Assembly (NCBI GenBank): GCA_964618935.1 | Contig: CAZUDL010000001.1 | Location: 66,562-130,561, forward strand | Direction: 5' to 3' | Origin: an uncultured Actinomycetes bacterium | GTDB lineage: Bacteria > Chloroflexota > Dormibacteria > Aeolococcales > Aeolococcaceae | DNA length: 64,000 nucleotides | In this document: piece after piece, positions 15,940-24,987 of the stretch | Position numbering within the stretch: position 1 is the first letter of the stretch | Layout of the letters: the number at the start of each line of letters is the position of its first letter | Translations under genes and position numbers: made by a program | Notes under the pieces: generated by a model | What the model saw: the letters and a program-made list of their open reading frames with translations, nothing else | What the model was told of the DNA's origin: nothing | The model's database searches: none

Positions 15940-18810
15940 CTAGCGAATGTCCCGGCCCTCGTCGCAGATGGTGCGGAACTCGCAGCGCCGGCACCGGTAG
16001 CTGCTCGGCTTGGGTGGGAAAGCTCCCTCCTGGTGGGCGGCGGCGAGGTCGGCGATGGACCGGTCCACGTGGACGAAGAACCTCTGCAGGGACCGGTTGT
16101 CGAAGGTGAGCCGGGTGGTTTCGGCGGTCTGGAGCCAGTGCAGCTCGACGGTCGCGGTGTCGCTGTGGCGTTCACGCGCCATGGCCACGGCGTAGGCGCG
16201 GACCTGGAGGTCGCGCTGCAGCTCCTCCTCGCCGCGGGGCGGCCCGGTCTTGTAGTCGACCACGACGCGCCCGCCGTCCTCCCCGCCCTCGTCGATGCGG
16301 TCGAAGCGGCCGGTGAGGTCGCCGGCCCCGACGCTGAGGACGAAGGACTGCTCGACACTGGCGATCCTCGCCAGGAGCCATCCCGGCGAGGCGACGTAGC
16401 GGCGCAGCTGGCTCTCGCCCAGGCTGCGCAGCTCGGGTCGGGCCCCCTTGGGACCCCGCGCCGACGCCCAGGCGTCGTTCCAGAGCCGCGCGGCACCGTC
16501 GGGATCGGGGTCCACGCCGCTCTGGCGCTGCGCGGCCAGCGCCTGCAGGACGCTGTGCATGAGGGTCCCGTACCACTGCTGCGGCGACTGCGGCACCGGC
16601 AGCTGGTAGAGGCTGCGGTAGGCGTAGCGGCGCGGGCATTCGCGGAAGGCGGCCAGGTCGGAGACCGACGCCCGGACGGCCGCCGGTGGCACCCCGAGCA
16701 GCTCCGGCGCGCGCCGCGGCGCGGGCGGCTGGGCACCCTCGATGTGGCGCCGCAGCACCGACGCCTGGGCATCCAGGCCGGCCAGGAACTGGCTGCGCCG
16801 CTCGTCGCGGAAGGAATGCTGGTAGCGCCGCGCGTGGACGAAGACGAGACGGTCCCGGGCCCGCGTCGCGGCCACGTAGAAGAGGCGGCGCTCCTCGTCG
16901 CGGCTGGCCTCCCCCTCCGGTGCCGGCTCGGGGACCAGCTCGTCGGGGAGGGACAGCCGCGCGCTGAAGCCGCCCGAGCCCGGCCAGCGCTCCTCGCTGC
17001 AGCGGGCGAGGAAGACGACCGGCCACTCCAGGCCCTTGGCGGCGTGCGCGGTCAACAGGTTGATGCCGGGGGTCGCCGACTCCACCGCGGCGATCTCGTC
17101 GGCCGCCTGGCTGTTGCGCAGCACCTCCAGGTAGCGCAGCGCCAGCGCCAGGCTGCGGTCGTCGCTCCAGTCGGAGAAGTCCTCGAGGAGCTCGCCGAAC
17201 TTGTTGAGGTTGGCGCCGATCTGACGCTGCTCCTGGGCGCCGGCGGCGTCGAGCACGCCGAGGAACTCGCTCATCTCCAGCACGGCGTAGAAGAGGTCGC
17301 GGACGTCCTCGCGGGCGGCCTGGCCGTGCAGCTCGACGAGGGCGTCGATGAAGCGCCCGGCCCCCGCGGCGTCCGCCTCGCTCAGCTCCGGCATCCCCGC
17401 GGTGATCACCGAGGCGAGGGGGATGTCGTGGTCGTGGGCGGCCCGGGTCAGGGCGAGGCGGCCGGCCCCGCTCACCGAGAAGGCGGGCAGGTGGAGGCAG
17501 CGCAGCACCGCCGGGGAGTCGTCCGGGTCCAGCACGGCGCCCAGCAGCGCCATCAGATCCTTGATCTCCCGGCACTGGAAGAAACCCCGGCCGCCGCGGA
17601 CGGTGTAGGCGACCCCCGCCTCCTGGAGGGCCCGCGTCGCCGACTGCATGTCCTCATGGCGGCGGAACAGCCAGGCGATGGCGCCGGGATCCGTGCCCCG
17701 GGCGATGAGGTCGCGGCACTCCCGCGCCACCTCGACGGCCTCGCCTCGCTCGTCCTCGGCGTGCCAGATCTCTACCGCGCCGCCGTCACCGCGGACGGCG
17801 AGCAGGTGCTTGTCGATGCGCGATCCCGGCGCCGCCGCCTCGATGATCGCCCGGCTGGCATCGACGATCTCGCGATAGGAGCGGTAGTTGCGGTCCAGGA
17901 CGATCTTCTCGTGCTGCGGGTAGATGCGCTCGAAGCGGTCCAGGTTGGCCAGCGACGCCCCACGGAACTTGTAGATGGACTGGTCGTCGTCGGCGACGAC
18001 GAGGAGGTTGCCGCGCTCGCCCACCAGCCGCTCGACGAGGCGGGCCTGGGCGTAGTTGGTGTCCTGGTACTCGTCCACCATGACGAAGTCGAGCGAGCCC
18101 GCCACCGCCTCACGGACGTCGGGGTGATCCTGGAGGAGCCGGGCGGCGTGGAGGATGGTGTCGTCGTGGTCGAGGATGCCGCGCCGGGTGAAGCGCTCCT
18201 GCAGGCGGCGGTACACCTCGGCGCATTCCCGGTGGCGGAGCAGCAGCTCGCGCTGCGCCGCGTCCTCGGTGGCATCCGCCCGCGCCTGCGCCCAGGCCGC
18301 GTAGTCCTCGGGTGACACCAGCTCCTGCTTCGCCTTCTCGATGACGTCGAGGATGGCGCCGATGAGGTCCTGGGGCCGCAGCGGGTTGTAGAGGGTGACG
18401 GGACGCAGCTCGGCGAGGATGGCGTCCACGACCAGCCAGCGCTCCGCCTCGTCGGCGATGCGGAAGGCCGGGGAAATGCCGAGTCGCCAGCCCCAGCGGC
18501 GGACCACGCGCTGGGCGAAGGTGTGGTAGTTGGTGAGCGGCGTCTCGCCCTCGAAGGCGCCGTGGATGCGCTCCACCCGGTCGTGCATCTCGTCGGCGGC
18601 CTTCCTCGTGTAGGTGAGCACGAGCAGGCGCTCCGGCGGGGTGCCCTCGCCGACCAGGCGGAGGAAGCGCTCGACGATGACCCTGGTCTTGCCCGAACCG
18701 GGGCCGGCGAGGACCAGGCAGGGCCCCTCCCCGTGCTCGACGGCTCGGCGCTGGGGCGGGTCGAGCAGGGACTCGGGCACGTCTGGCATGATACCTGCCT
18801 GCTCGTACAT
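15940..18810 (-). CDS. UvrD/PcrA-family SF1 helicase fused to a C-terminal PD-(D/E)XK (RecB/Cas4-like) nuclease with Cys cluster; AdnAB/AddAB-like single subunit
   Basis: Helicase motifs I (LAGPGSGKT), II (VMVDEYQDTN) and III (VVADDDQSIYKFRGAS). C-terminal RecB-nuclease motif VVVDYKTG and Cys cluster C..(AFRECPRRY)...CRRCEFRTIC. The ORF extends to 18897. The likely start is M at 18810 or M at 18789 (MPDVPESLLDPPQRRAV...). Confidence 0.8.
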   Translation of the reverse strand: MYEQAGIMPDVPESLLDPPQRRAVEHGEGPCLVLAGPGSGKTRVIVERFLRLVGEGTPPERLLVLTYTRKAADEMHDRVERIHGAFEGETPLTNYHTFAQRVVRRWGWRLGISPAFRIADEAERWLVVDAILAELRPVTLYNPLRPQDLIGAILDVIEKAKQELVSPEDYAAWAQARADATEDAAQRELLLRHRECAEVYRRLQERFTRRGILDHDDTILHAARLLQDHPDVREAVAGSLDFVMVDEYQDTNYAQARLVERLVGERGNLLVVADDDQSIYKFRGASLANLDRFERIYPQHEKIVLDRNYRSYREIVDASRAIIEAAAPGSRIDKHLLAVRGDGGAVEIWHAEDERGEAVEVARECRDLIARGTDPGAIAWLFRRHEDMQSATRALQEAGVAYTVRGGRGFFQCREIKDLMALLGAVLDPDDSPAVLRCLHLPAFSVSGAGRLALTRAAHDHDIPLASVITAGMPELSEADAAGAGRFIDALVELHGQAAREDVRDLFYAVLEMSEFLGVLDAAGAQEQRQIGANLNKFGELLEDFSDWSDDRSLALALRYLEVLRNSQAADEIAAVESATPGINLLTAHAAKGLEWPVVFLARCSEERWPGSGGFSARLSLPDELVPEPAPEGEASRDEERRLFYVAATRARDRLVFVHARRYQHSFRDERRSQFLAGLDAQASVLRRHIEGAQPPAPRRAPELLGVPPAAVRASVSDLAAFRECPRRYAYRSLYQLPVPQSPQQWYGTLMHSVLQALAAQRQSGVDPDPDGAARLWNDAWASARGPKGARPELRSLGESQLRRYVASPGWLLARIASVEQSFVLSVGAGDLTGRFDRIDEGGEDGGRVVVDYKTGPPRGEEELQRDLQVRAYAVAMARERHSDTATVELHWLQTAETTRLTFDNRSLQRFFVHVDRSIADLAAAHQEGAFPPKPSSYRCRRCEFRTICDEGRDIR

Positions 18811-18945
18811 GCGTTTGCCGCCTGCGCTTCCGCTGGCAGCCTGTTCGGGGCCTGGTAGAGTGGACGCCCTGACAGCCCTGCCGGGCGGTCGGAACACGGT
18901 CGATCATGCCGCCGACGGCGGCGCCAAGGAGGTGATCCCTCAGAC

Positions 18946-19128
18946 GTGTCGGAGGTCAAGGTCCGCGAAGGCGAGACCTTCGAGAGTGCGCTGCGACGCT
19001 TCAACAAGAAGATCAAGCAGAACGGAATCCTCTCGGAGGTGCGACGGCGCGAGCACTACGAGAAGCCGTCCGTCCGCCGCAAGCGCAAGCTGGTCGCCGC
19101 CAAGAAGCGCCGGGCCAAGGCTGGCTGA
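18946..19128 (+). CDS. rpsU: 30S ribosomal protein S21
   Basis: [48 protein letters not shown]... is the canonical S21 sequence. Confidence 0.9.
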   Translation: MSEVKVREGETFESALRRFNKKIKQNGILSEVRRREHYEKPSVRRKRKLVAAKKRRAKAG

Positions 19129-19147
19129 CGTCGGGCATACGGACAGT

Positions 19148-19177
19148 CGGGCTCGCCGTCGCGAGCCCTTTTCTTTC
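19148..19177 (+). terminator. Intrinsic terminator after rpsU
   Basis: GGGCTCGC-cgtc-GCGAGCCC hairpin followed by TTTTCTTTCT. Confidence 0.6.
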
Positions 19178-19199
19178 TGATTGACATGGGCGTGCGCTG

Positions 19200-19727
19200 A
19201 TGCGGGTCACGGTTCATCGCTCCGAGTCCCTCGACGCCGGCGCCCTGGCGGTGGTCAGGGCGGCCGGTGTCGGCCCGCTGCTGCGCCGCAGCGGGGTGGT
19301 GCTCGGGGTGTCGGCGTCGGCGGGGTTCGCCGTGCGCCTCACCGACGACGCCGAGCTGCGCCGGCTCAACCGGGACCACGCCGGGACCGACGCCGCCACC
19401 GACGTCCTCGCCTTCCCCGGCGAGGGGAGCGGCGGGCCGGCGTGGATCGGCGACGTCGCCATCTCCGTGGAACGCGCCCGCGCCCAGAACCCGGCCCGGC
19501 CGGCCGACGAGCTGCGCCTGCTCGCCGTCCACGGCCTGCTCCACTGTCTGGGTCACGACCACGACCGGCCCGATCGGGCGGCGCGGATGACGGAGGCGAC
19601 CCGGGCGCTCCTCCCCGATGTGGAGGTTCCGGAGCTGGAGGCGCACGAGCCGCCCTTCCCCGCCGCCTCCGGCGCGCTTCGCCCAGCCCCGCAGACGGCC
19701 CAGCACTCCGGTGCGGGTCCCCGCTGA
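19200..19727 (+). CDS. ybeY: rRNA maturation endoribonuclease YbeY
   Basis: Zinc-binding motif HGLLHCLGHDH and DVLAFPGE. Confidence 0.8.
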   Translation: MRVTVHRSESLDAGALAVVRAAGVGPLLRRSGVVLGVSASAGFAVRLTDDAELRRLNRDHAGTDAATDVLAFPGEGSGGPAWIGDVAISVERARAQNPARPADELRLLAVHGLLHCLGHDHDRPDRAARMTEATRALLPDVEVPELEAHEPPFPAASGALRPAPQTAQHSGAGPR

Positions 19728-19737
19728 GGCGCTCCAG

Positions 19738-20328
19738 GTGGCCAGCCTCGTCATCGGCCTGGGCAATCCCGGGGGCGAGTACGCCCACACCAGGCACAAT
19801 GCCGGCTGGATGGTCCTCGACGAGATGGAGCGCCGGGGCCGGTTCGGTGGGGCGCGGCGGGAGGGACCGGCCAGGCTGCGCGAGGGCTCCATCGAGGGCG
19901 TCGAGGTGGTCCTCGCCCGTCCCCAGACGTTCATGAACCTGAGTGGCCGGGCCGGCGTCCACCTGGTGCGCGTCCTCGGGCTCCCCGTCTCCGAGGTGGT
20001 GGTGGTCCACGACGACGTGGACATCGCCTTCGGGAGGCTGCGCCTGCGGCGCGGCGGCTCCGCGGGTGGCAACCGCGGGGTCCGGTCCCTCATCGACTCC
20101 TGGAGGACCCCCGACTTCATCCGCGTCCGCGTCGGCATCGGCCGCCCCGCCGAGGGGGAGGACACCGTCGACCACGTCCTCGACACCTTCGCCCCCGTCG
20201 AGCGCCGCGCCCTGCCCGCCATCCTCGGCCGGGCCGCCGACGCCACCATCGCCATCGTGCGCGACGGGCTGGAGCTCGCCATGGGGGAGTACAACCGCGC
20301 CGTCCCCCTGGATCCGCCCGGTGGCTGA
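19738..20328 (+). CDS. pth: Peptidyl-tRNA hydrolase
   Basis: GTG start. VASLVIGLGNPGGEYAHTRHNAGWMVLDE...FMNLSGRAG is the Pth signature. Confidence 0.85.
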   Translation: MASLVIGLGNPGGEYAHTRHNAGWMVLDEMERRGRFGGARREGPARLREGSIEGVEVVLARPQTFMNLSGRAGVHLVRVLGLPVSEVVVVHDDVDIAFGRLRLRRGGSAGGNRGVRSLIDSWRTPDFIRVRVGIGRPAEGEDTVDHVLDTFAPVERRALPAILGRAADATIAIVRDGLELAMGEYNRAVPLDPPGG

Positions 20329-23300
20329 GGCTCCGACCCTTTCGTCGAGCCTGGATTGGGCCCCCGAGTTGGGACGCCTTCTCGACGGCTCCCTGCGCCG
20401 CCTCGGCGGCGTGCCCGGCGGCGCGGTGGGCGTCATCGCCTCCTGGCTCCTGGGGCGCGCCGGGCGGCATGTCCTCGTCATCGCCTCCGACCCCGAGGCG
20501 GTGTACGGCGACGCCCGCCTCTGGGGCGGCGAGGAGCGCCTCGCGCTGTGGCCCGCGGCGGACACGCCCGGTTTCGACAGGGTGCCGCCGTCGGAGGAGG
20601 TGACCCGGCGGCGCATCGCCACCCTGGGCATGCTGGCGCAGGGCGAGCCGGCGCTGGTGGTCGCCTCCCCGGCCGGGTTGCTTCGCCCCACGCTCCCCGT
20701 CGCCGCCGGCGGCGACCTGGAGCTGAGCCCGGGTCGCCGGGCCGGCCGCGACGCCGTCCTCCGCCGGCTGGTTGCCCTCGGCTACCGGCGGGTGACGGCG
20801 GTGACGGCGGCGGGGGAGATGGCGGTGCGCGGCGGCATCCTCGACGTCTTCGGCCTCGAGCGCTCCCGCCCCTGGCGCGTCGAGTGGTCCGGCGACGAGA
20901 TCGACGAGATTCGGCTCTTCGACGTCGAGAGCCAGACCTCCGTGGCCCGGCTGGACTCGGTCCGCATCCTCCCCGCCCGCGAGCTCGACCTCAGCCCCGA
21001 GGCGGTCCGCCGCGCCCTCGCCGCGGTCGACGGGCTGGACGTCTCCGCCTGCCGGCCGGAGGTGCGCCAGCAGTGGGAGACCGACCGCGCCCAGCTCGCC
21101 CTTGGCGTCTACGACGAGGGCGTCGACGTCTTCGCCCCCTACCTCATGGGGGGGACGACCCTCTTCGACCATCTGGGCGAGGGGGCCGTGGTGCTCGTCG
21201 CCGGCGGCGCGGGCCGGGCCCGGCGCGCCGCCGCGCGCCACGCCGACGAGATCGAGGCCCTCCGGGAGCAGGAGCAGGCCAGGGGCGAGCTCCCCACCGG
21301 GGCGCGCAGCGGCCTGCTCGACCCCGCCGCCCTCGACCCCCACCTGGAGCGTGCCGTCGAATTGGTGCCCGAAGCGGTGGAGGGGCCCCTGTCCGCGGAT
21401 CTCGGCTGGCAGGCCGCGGAGGCCCACGCCGGGCGCTGGGAGGCGTTCGCGGCGGCGGTGCGGCCCCAGCTCGCGGCCGGCGGCTGCGTCGTCGTCATCT
21501 CGCGCCAGGAGCGGCGCGTGGCGGAGCTGGCGGCGGACTTCGAGCTGGCCGTCATCAGCGTCGACGACCCGGACGCCTCCACCCTTCCCATCGCGCCGGG
21601 CGCGCTGGTGATCGGCGCCGGGGAGGTCTCCTCCGGCTTCCGCGCCCCCCGGCTCGGCATCTCGGTGGTCAGCGACCACGAGCTCTTCGGCGCCGTCAAG
21701 CGGCGCGGCTCCCCGCTCGCCCGCGGGGCGCGGCGGGCGGAGTCCACCTCGGCCCGGGGGGCACGGCAGGCGGCGGCCGGTCGCGCCGGCGCCAAGGACT
21801 TCGTCATCCAGTTCTCACCCGGCGAGCTGGTGGTGCACCGCGACCACGGCATCGGCCGCTTCCTGGAGATGCGGCGCGTCGCCGAGACGGAGGAGCCCGA
21901 ACCGGGGCGCCCCGCCGCCGACGGCGACGGGAGCGGGGCCGGCGGGGAGGGCGCGCGCACCGAGCACGAGTACATGGTCCTGGAGTACGCCGACTCCGAC
22001 CGCCTCTTCGTCCCCGTCGAACATCTGGACAGGATTGACAGATACGTGGGGGGCTCGGACTCCCATCCCGGCCTCTCCCACCTCGGCACCGGCGAGTGGG
22101 AGCGGACGAGACGGCGGGTCAAGGAGCGCACCGAGGAGGTGGCCCGGGAGCTGCTCGGCCTCTACTCCCGCCGGGAGATGGCCCAGGGACACGCCTACGC
22201 GCCGGACTCGGACTGGCAGCGCGAGCTGGAGGCCGCCTTCCCCTTCGAGGAGACCCCGGACCAGGAGCTGGTGCTGGAGGAGATCAAGCGCGACATGGAG
22301 GCGACCCGGCCCATGGACCGCGTGGTGTGCGGCGACGTCGGCTTCGGCAAGACGGAGCTGGCGCTGCGCGCCGCCTTCAAGGCGGTCACCGAGGGCCGCC
22401 AGGTGGCCGTGCTGGTGCCCACCACCGTGCTCTGCCAGCAGCACGTCCTCACCTTCTCGGAGCGGCTGCGCCCCTTCCCCGTCACGGTGCGCCAGCTGTC
22501 GCGCTTCTCCACGGAGGAGGAGCAGCGCTCCACCATCCTCGGCCTGAAGACCGGCGCCGTCGACATCGTCATCGGCACCCACCGCCTGCTCCAGCACGAC
22601 GTCGAGTTCCGCAACCTCGGCCTCGTCGTCATCGACGAGGAGCAGCGCTTCGGCGTGCTGCAGAAGGAGCGCTTCAAGGAGCTGCGCGTCGCCGTCGACC
22701 TGCTCTCCCTGTCGGCGACGCCCATCCCCCGCACCCTGCACATGTCGCTGGCGGGCATCCGGGACCTCTCGGTGATCCAGACCCCTCCGGAGGAGAGGCA
22801 ACCCATCAAGACCTACGTCACCGCCCGCGACGACGGCCTGGTCCGGGAGGTGGTCAGCCGCGAGCTGGCCCGCGGCGGCCAGGTGTTCTATGTCCACAAC
22901 CGGGTGCAGACCATCGAGCAGGAGGCGGGCCGGTTGCGGGCGCTGGTCCCCGAGGCCCGCGTCGCCATCGCCCACGGGCAGATGCACGAGAGCCTGCTCG
23001 CCGAGGTGATGCGGGCCTTCATCGACTCCGAGATCGACGTGCTGGTGTGCACCACCATCATCGAGTCCGGTCTCGACATCCCCAACGCCAACACCATCGT
23101 GGTCAACGACGCCCACCGCCTCGGCCTGGCCCAGCTCTACCAGCTGCGCGGCCGCGTCGGGCGCGCCGGCCAGCGCGCCTACGCCTACTTCCTCTATCCC
23201 GGCGGACGGACACTGACGGAGCGCGCCGACAAGCGGCTGGAGGTGGTCAGCGAGCTGCAGGACCTCGGGGCGGGCTTCCGCCTGGCGATGCGCGACCTGG

Positions 23301-23938
23301 AGATCCGCGGTGCCGGCAACCTCCTCGGCGAGGAGCAGCACGGGGAGATCGCGGCCGTGGGCATGGAGATGTACACGCACCTCCTGGCGACCGCGGTGCG
23401 CGCCCTCCAGGGCCAGCCCGTTGTCGAGGCGCCCGCCCACGTCAGCGTCTCGCTGCCCCAGCCCGCCTTCCTGCCCGCCGGCTACGTGGAGGAGGAGCGG
23501 CTGCGGCTCCGCTGCTACCAGGAGCTGGCCGCCTGCGCCACCGAGGCGGAGCTGGAGCGCCAGGAGCGGGGCCTCGCCGACCGCTTCGGGACCCTGCCGG
23601 TGGAGGCGAGGGCACTGGTCTACTCGCTGCGGGTGCGCATCCTCGCCGCCCAGGCCGGGGTGACCTCGGTGGAGACGTGGCGGGGCGCCGGCCGTCCCGG
23701 CGCCGGCGCGGGCGCCGCCCGCTCCCCGGGAGCGGTGATCCAGCTCTCCGGGGCCCACGGCTTCGACCTGGAGGCGGTGGCCCGCCAGGCGCGCGGCTAC
23801 GTCACCACGTCGCCGAGCCGGCTCTACGTCGTGCCGCCGCCCGGGCGCGGCGTGGACCCGGAATGGCAGGATGTCCTCCTGCGCGTCCTGCGCGAGCTGG
23901 GGAGGCTCGTCCGCGCGCGTCAACTGGTGCCCGCATGA
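20321..23938 (+). CDS. mfd: Transcription-repair coupling factor Mfd
   Basis: About 1200 aa. UvrB-interaction-like N-terminus. RNAP-interacting and helicase domains (motif I GDVGFGKTE, DEAD-box-like VVIDEEQRFG, TRG motif). The likely GTG start at 20321 overlaps the pth stop. The ORF track's 19943 start is an upstream extension. Confidence 0.85.
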   Translation: MAEAPTLSSSLDWAPELGRLLDGSLRRLGGVPGGAVGVIASWLLGRAGRHVLVIASDPEAVYGDARLWGGEERLALWPAADTPGFDRVPPSEEVTRRRIATLGMLAQGEPALVVASPAGLLRPTLPVAAGGDLELSPGRRAGRDAVLRRLVALGYRRVTAVTAAGEMAVRGGILDVFGLERSRPWRVEWSGDEIDEIRLFDVESQTSVARLDSVRILPARELDLSPEAVRRALAAVDGLDVSACRPEVRQQWETDRAQLALGVYDEGVDVFAPYLMGGTTLFDHLGEGAVVLVAGGAGRARRAAARHADEIEALREQEQARGELPTGARSGLLDPAALDPHLERAVELVPEAVEGPLSADLGWQAAEAHAGRWEAFAAAVRPQLAAGGCVVVISRQERRVAELAADFELAVISVDDPDASTLPIAPGALVIGAGEVSSGFRAPRLGISVVSDHELFGAVKRRGSPLARGARRAESTSARGARQAAAGRAGAKDFVIQFSPGELVVHRDHGIGRFLEMRRVAETEEPEPGRPAADGDGSGAGGEGARTEHEYMVLEYADSDRLFVPVEHLDRIDRYVGGSDSHPGLSHLGTGEWERTRRRVKERTEEVARELLGLYSRREMAQGHAYAPDSDWQRELEAAFPFEETPDQELVLEEIKRDMEATRPMDRVVCGDVGFGKTELALRAAFKAVTEGRQVAVLVPTTVLCQQHVLTFSERLRPFPVTVRQLSRFSTEEEQRSTILGLKTGAVDIVIGTHRLLQHDVEFRNLGLVVIDEEQRFGVLQKERFKELRVAVDLLSLSATPIPRTLHMSLAGIRDLSVIQTPPEERQPIKTYVTARDDGLVREVVSRELARGGQVFYVHNRVQTIEQEAGRLRALVPEARVAIAHGQMHESLLAEVMRAFIDSEIDVLVCTTIIESGLDIPNANTIVVNDAHRLGLAQLYQLRGRVGRAGQRAYAYFLYPGGRTLTERADKRLEVVSELQDLGAGFRLAMRDLEIRGAGNLLGEEQHGEIAAVGMEMYTHLLATAVRALQGQPVVEAPAHVSVSLPQPAFLPAGYVEEERLRLRCYQELAACATEAELERQERGLADRFGTLPVEARALVYSLRVRILAAQAGVTSVETWRGAGRPGAGAGAARSPGAVIQLSGAHGFDLEAVARQARGYVTTSPSRLYVVPPPGRGVDPEWQDVLLRVLRELGRLVRARQLVPA

Positions 23939-23953
23939 GGAGGCCGCGGCCGG

Positions 23954-24850
23954 ATGCGTGACGAGGCGGCGCAGTCGCTGCGCCAGCTCAACGAGGTCGT
24001 CGAGCGCTTGCGAGCGCCCGGCGGCTGCCCCTGGGACGGTGTGCAGACCCATCGGACCCTCCGCCCCTACCTCCTGGAGGAGACCTACGAGCTCCTCGAG
24101 GCCATCGAAACCGGAGAGTCGCCGACCCTGCGCGAGGAGCTGGGCGACCTCCTCCTGCAGGTGCTCATGCACTGCGCGATCGCCGCCGAGGCCCCCGACG
24201 CGTTCGACATCGGCGACGTCGCCGAGACCACCCGGGCCAAGATGATCCACCGCCACCCCCACGTCTTCGGCGACACCTCCGTCAGCGGCGCCGCCCAGGT
24301 GGTCGTCAACTGGGAGAGGCTGAAGCGCGTCGAGAAGAAGGAGCGCCTCTCCCTCCTCGAGGGGGTGCCGAAGGCGCTGCCCGCCCTCGCCTATGCCCAG
24401 GGGGTGCAGAAGCGGCCGGCCCGCGTCGGCTTCGACGAGAGCCCGAGCGTCGCCGACGCCCTTGGCCGGGTCCGGGCCGGGGTCGACGCCGTCGCCGCGG
24501 TGGCGGCCGCCTCACCCGTCCGGGCGGAGAGGGGAGAGGACTGGGCACCGGCGGAGACCGCGAAGGGCTCCCCGGCGGTGGTTCCCGCGGGCCTCGCCCC
24601 CGACGAGCACGTGCCCCCGCCGCCCCCGCCGCCGGCCGAGGTCGAGGCGGTGATCGGCGAGCTCCTCTTCGCCACCGTGTCGCTGGCGCGGCAGCTCCGC
24701 GTCAACCCCGAGGACGCCCTGCGGGGACGGGCGACGCTCTTCGCCGACCGCTTCCGCCGCCTCGAGGCGTCGGCGCGCGCCGAGGGCGTCGACCTGCACG
24801 ACGTGGACGCCGACTCGTGGCGCGCCCGCTGGGAGGCGACCGCCGTCTGA
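23954..24850 (+). CDS. mazG: Nucleoside triphosphate pyrophosphohydrolase MazG
   Basis: CPWDGVQTHRTLRPYLLEETYELLEAIE...IHRHPHVFG is the MazG EEXXE-type signature. C-terminal Pro-rich region, then a second MazG-like helix. Confidence 0.8.
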   Translation: MRDEAAQSLRQLNEVVERLRAPGGCPWDGVQTHRTLRPYLLEETYELLEAIETGESPTLREELGDLLLQVLMHCAIAAEAPDAFDIGDVAETTRAKMIHRHPHVFGDTSVSGAAQVVVNWERLKRVEKKERLSLLEGVPKALPALAYAQGVQKRPARVGFDESPSVADALGRVRAGVDAVAAVAAASPVRAERGEDWAPAETAKGSPAVVPAGLAPDEHVPPPPPPPAEVEAVIGELLFATVSLARQLRVNPEDALRGRATLFADRFRRLEASARAEGVDLHDVDADSWRARWEATAV

Positions 24851-24987
24851 CCGCGCGGGGGCGGGGCTCCCCCGATCCGCCGGCCTCCCGGCCCGAGCCT
24901 CGGGGCCCGGATCGACGGTCGTCCTATTCCTCTATGATCGGCGGCGATCTGGCGGCGGGATGCCGCGGTGGAAAGGGAGCAATCGTG

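Noticed and set aside
19943-23938. 1331-aa ORF starting at 19943
   Set aside because: It is the mfd gene with an artificial N-terminal extension read through pth in another frame. The real start is the GTG near 20321.
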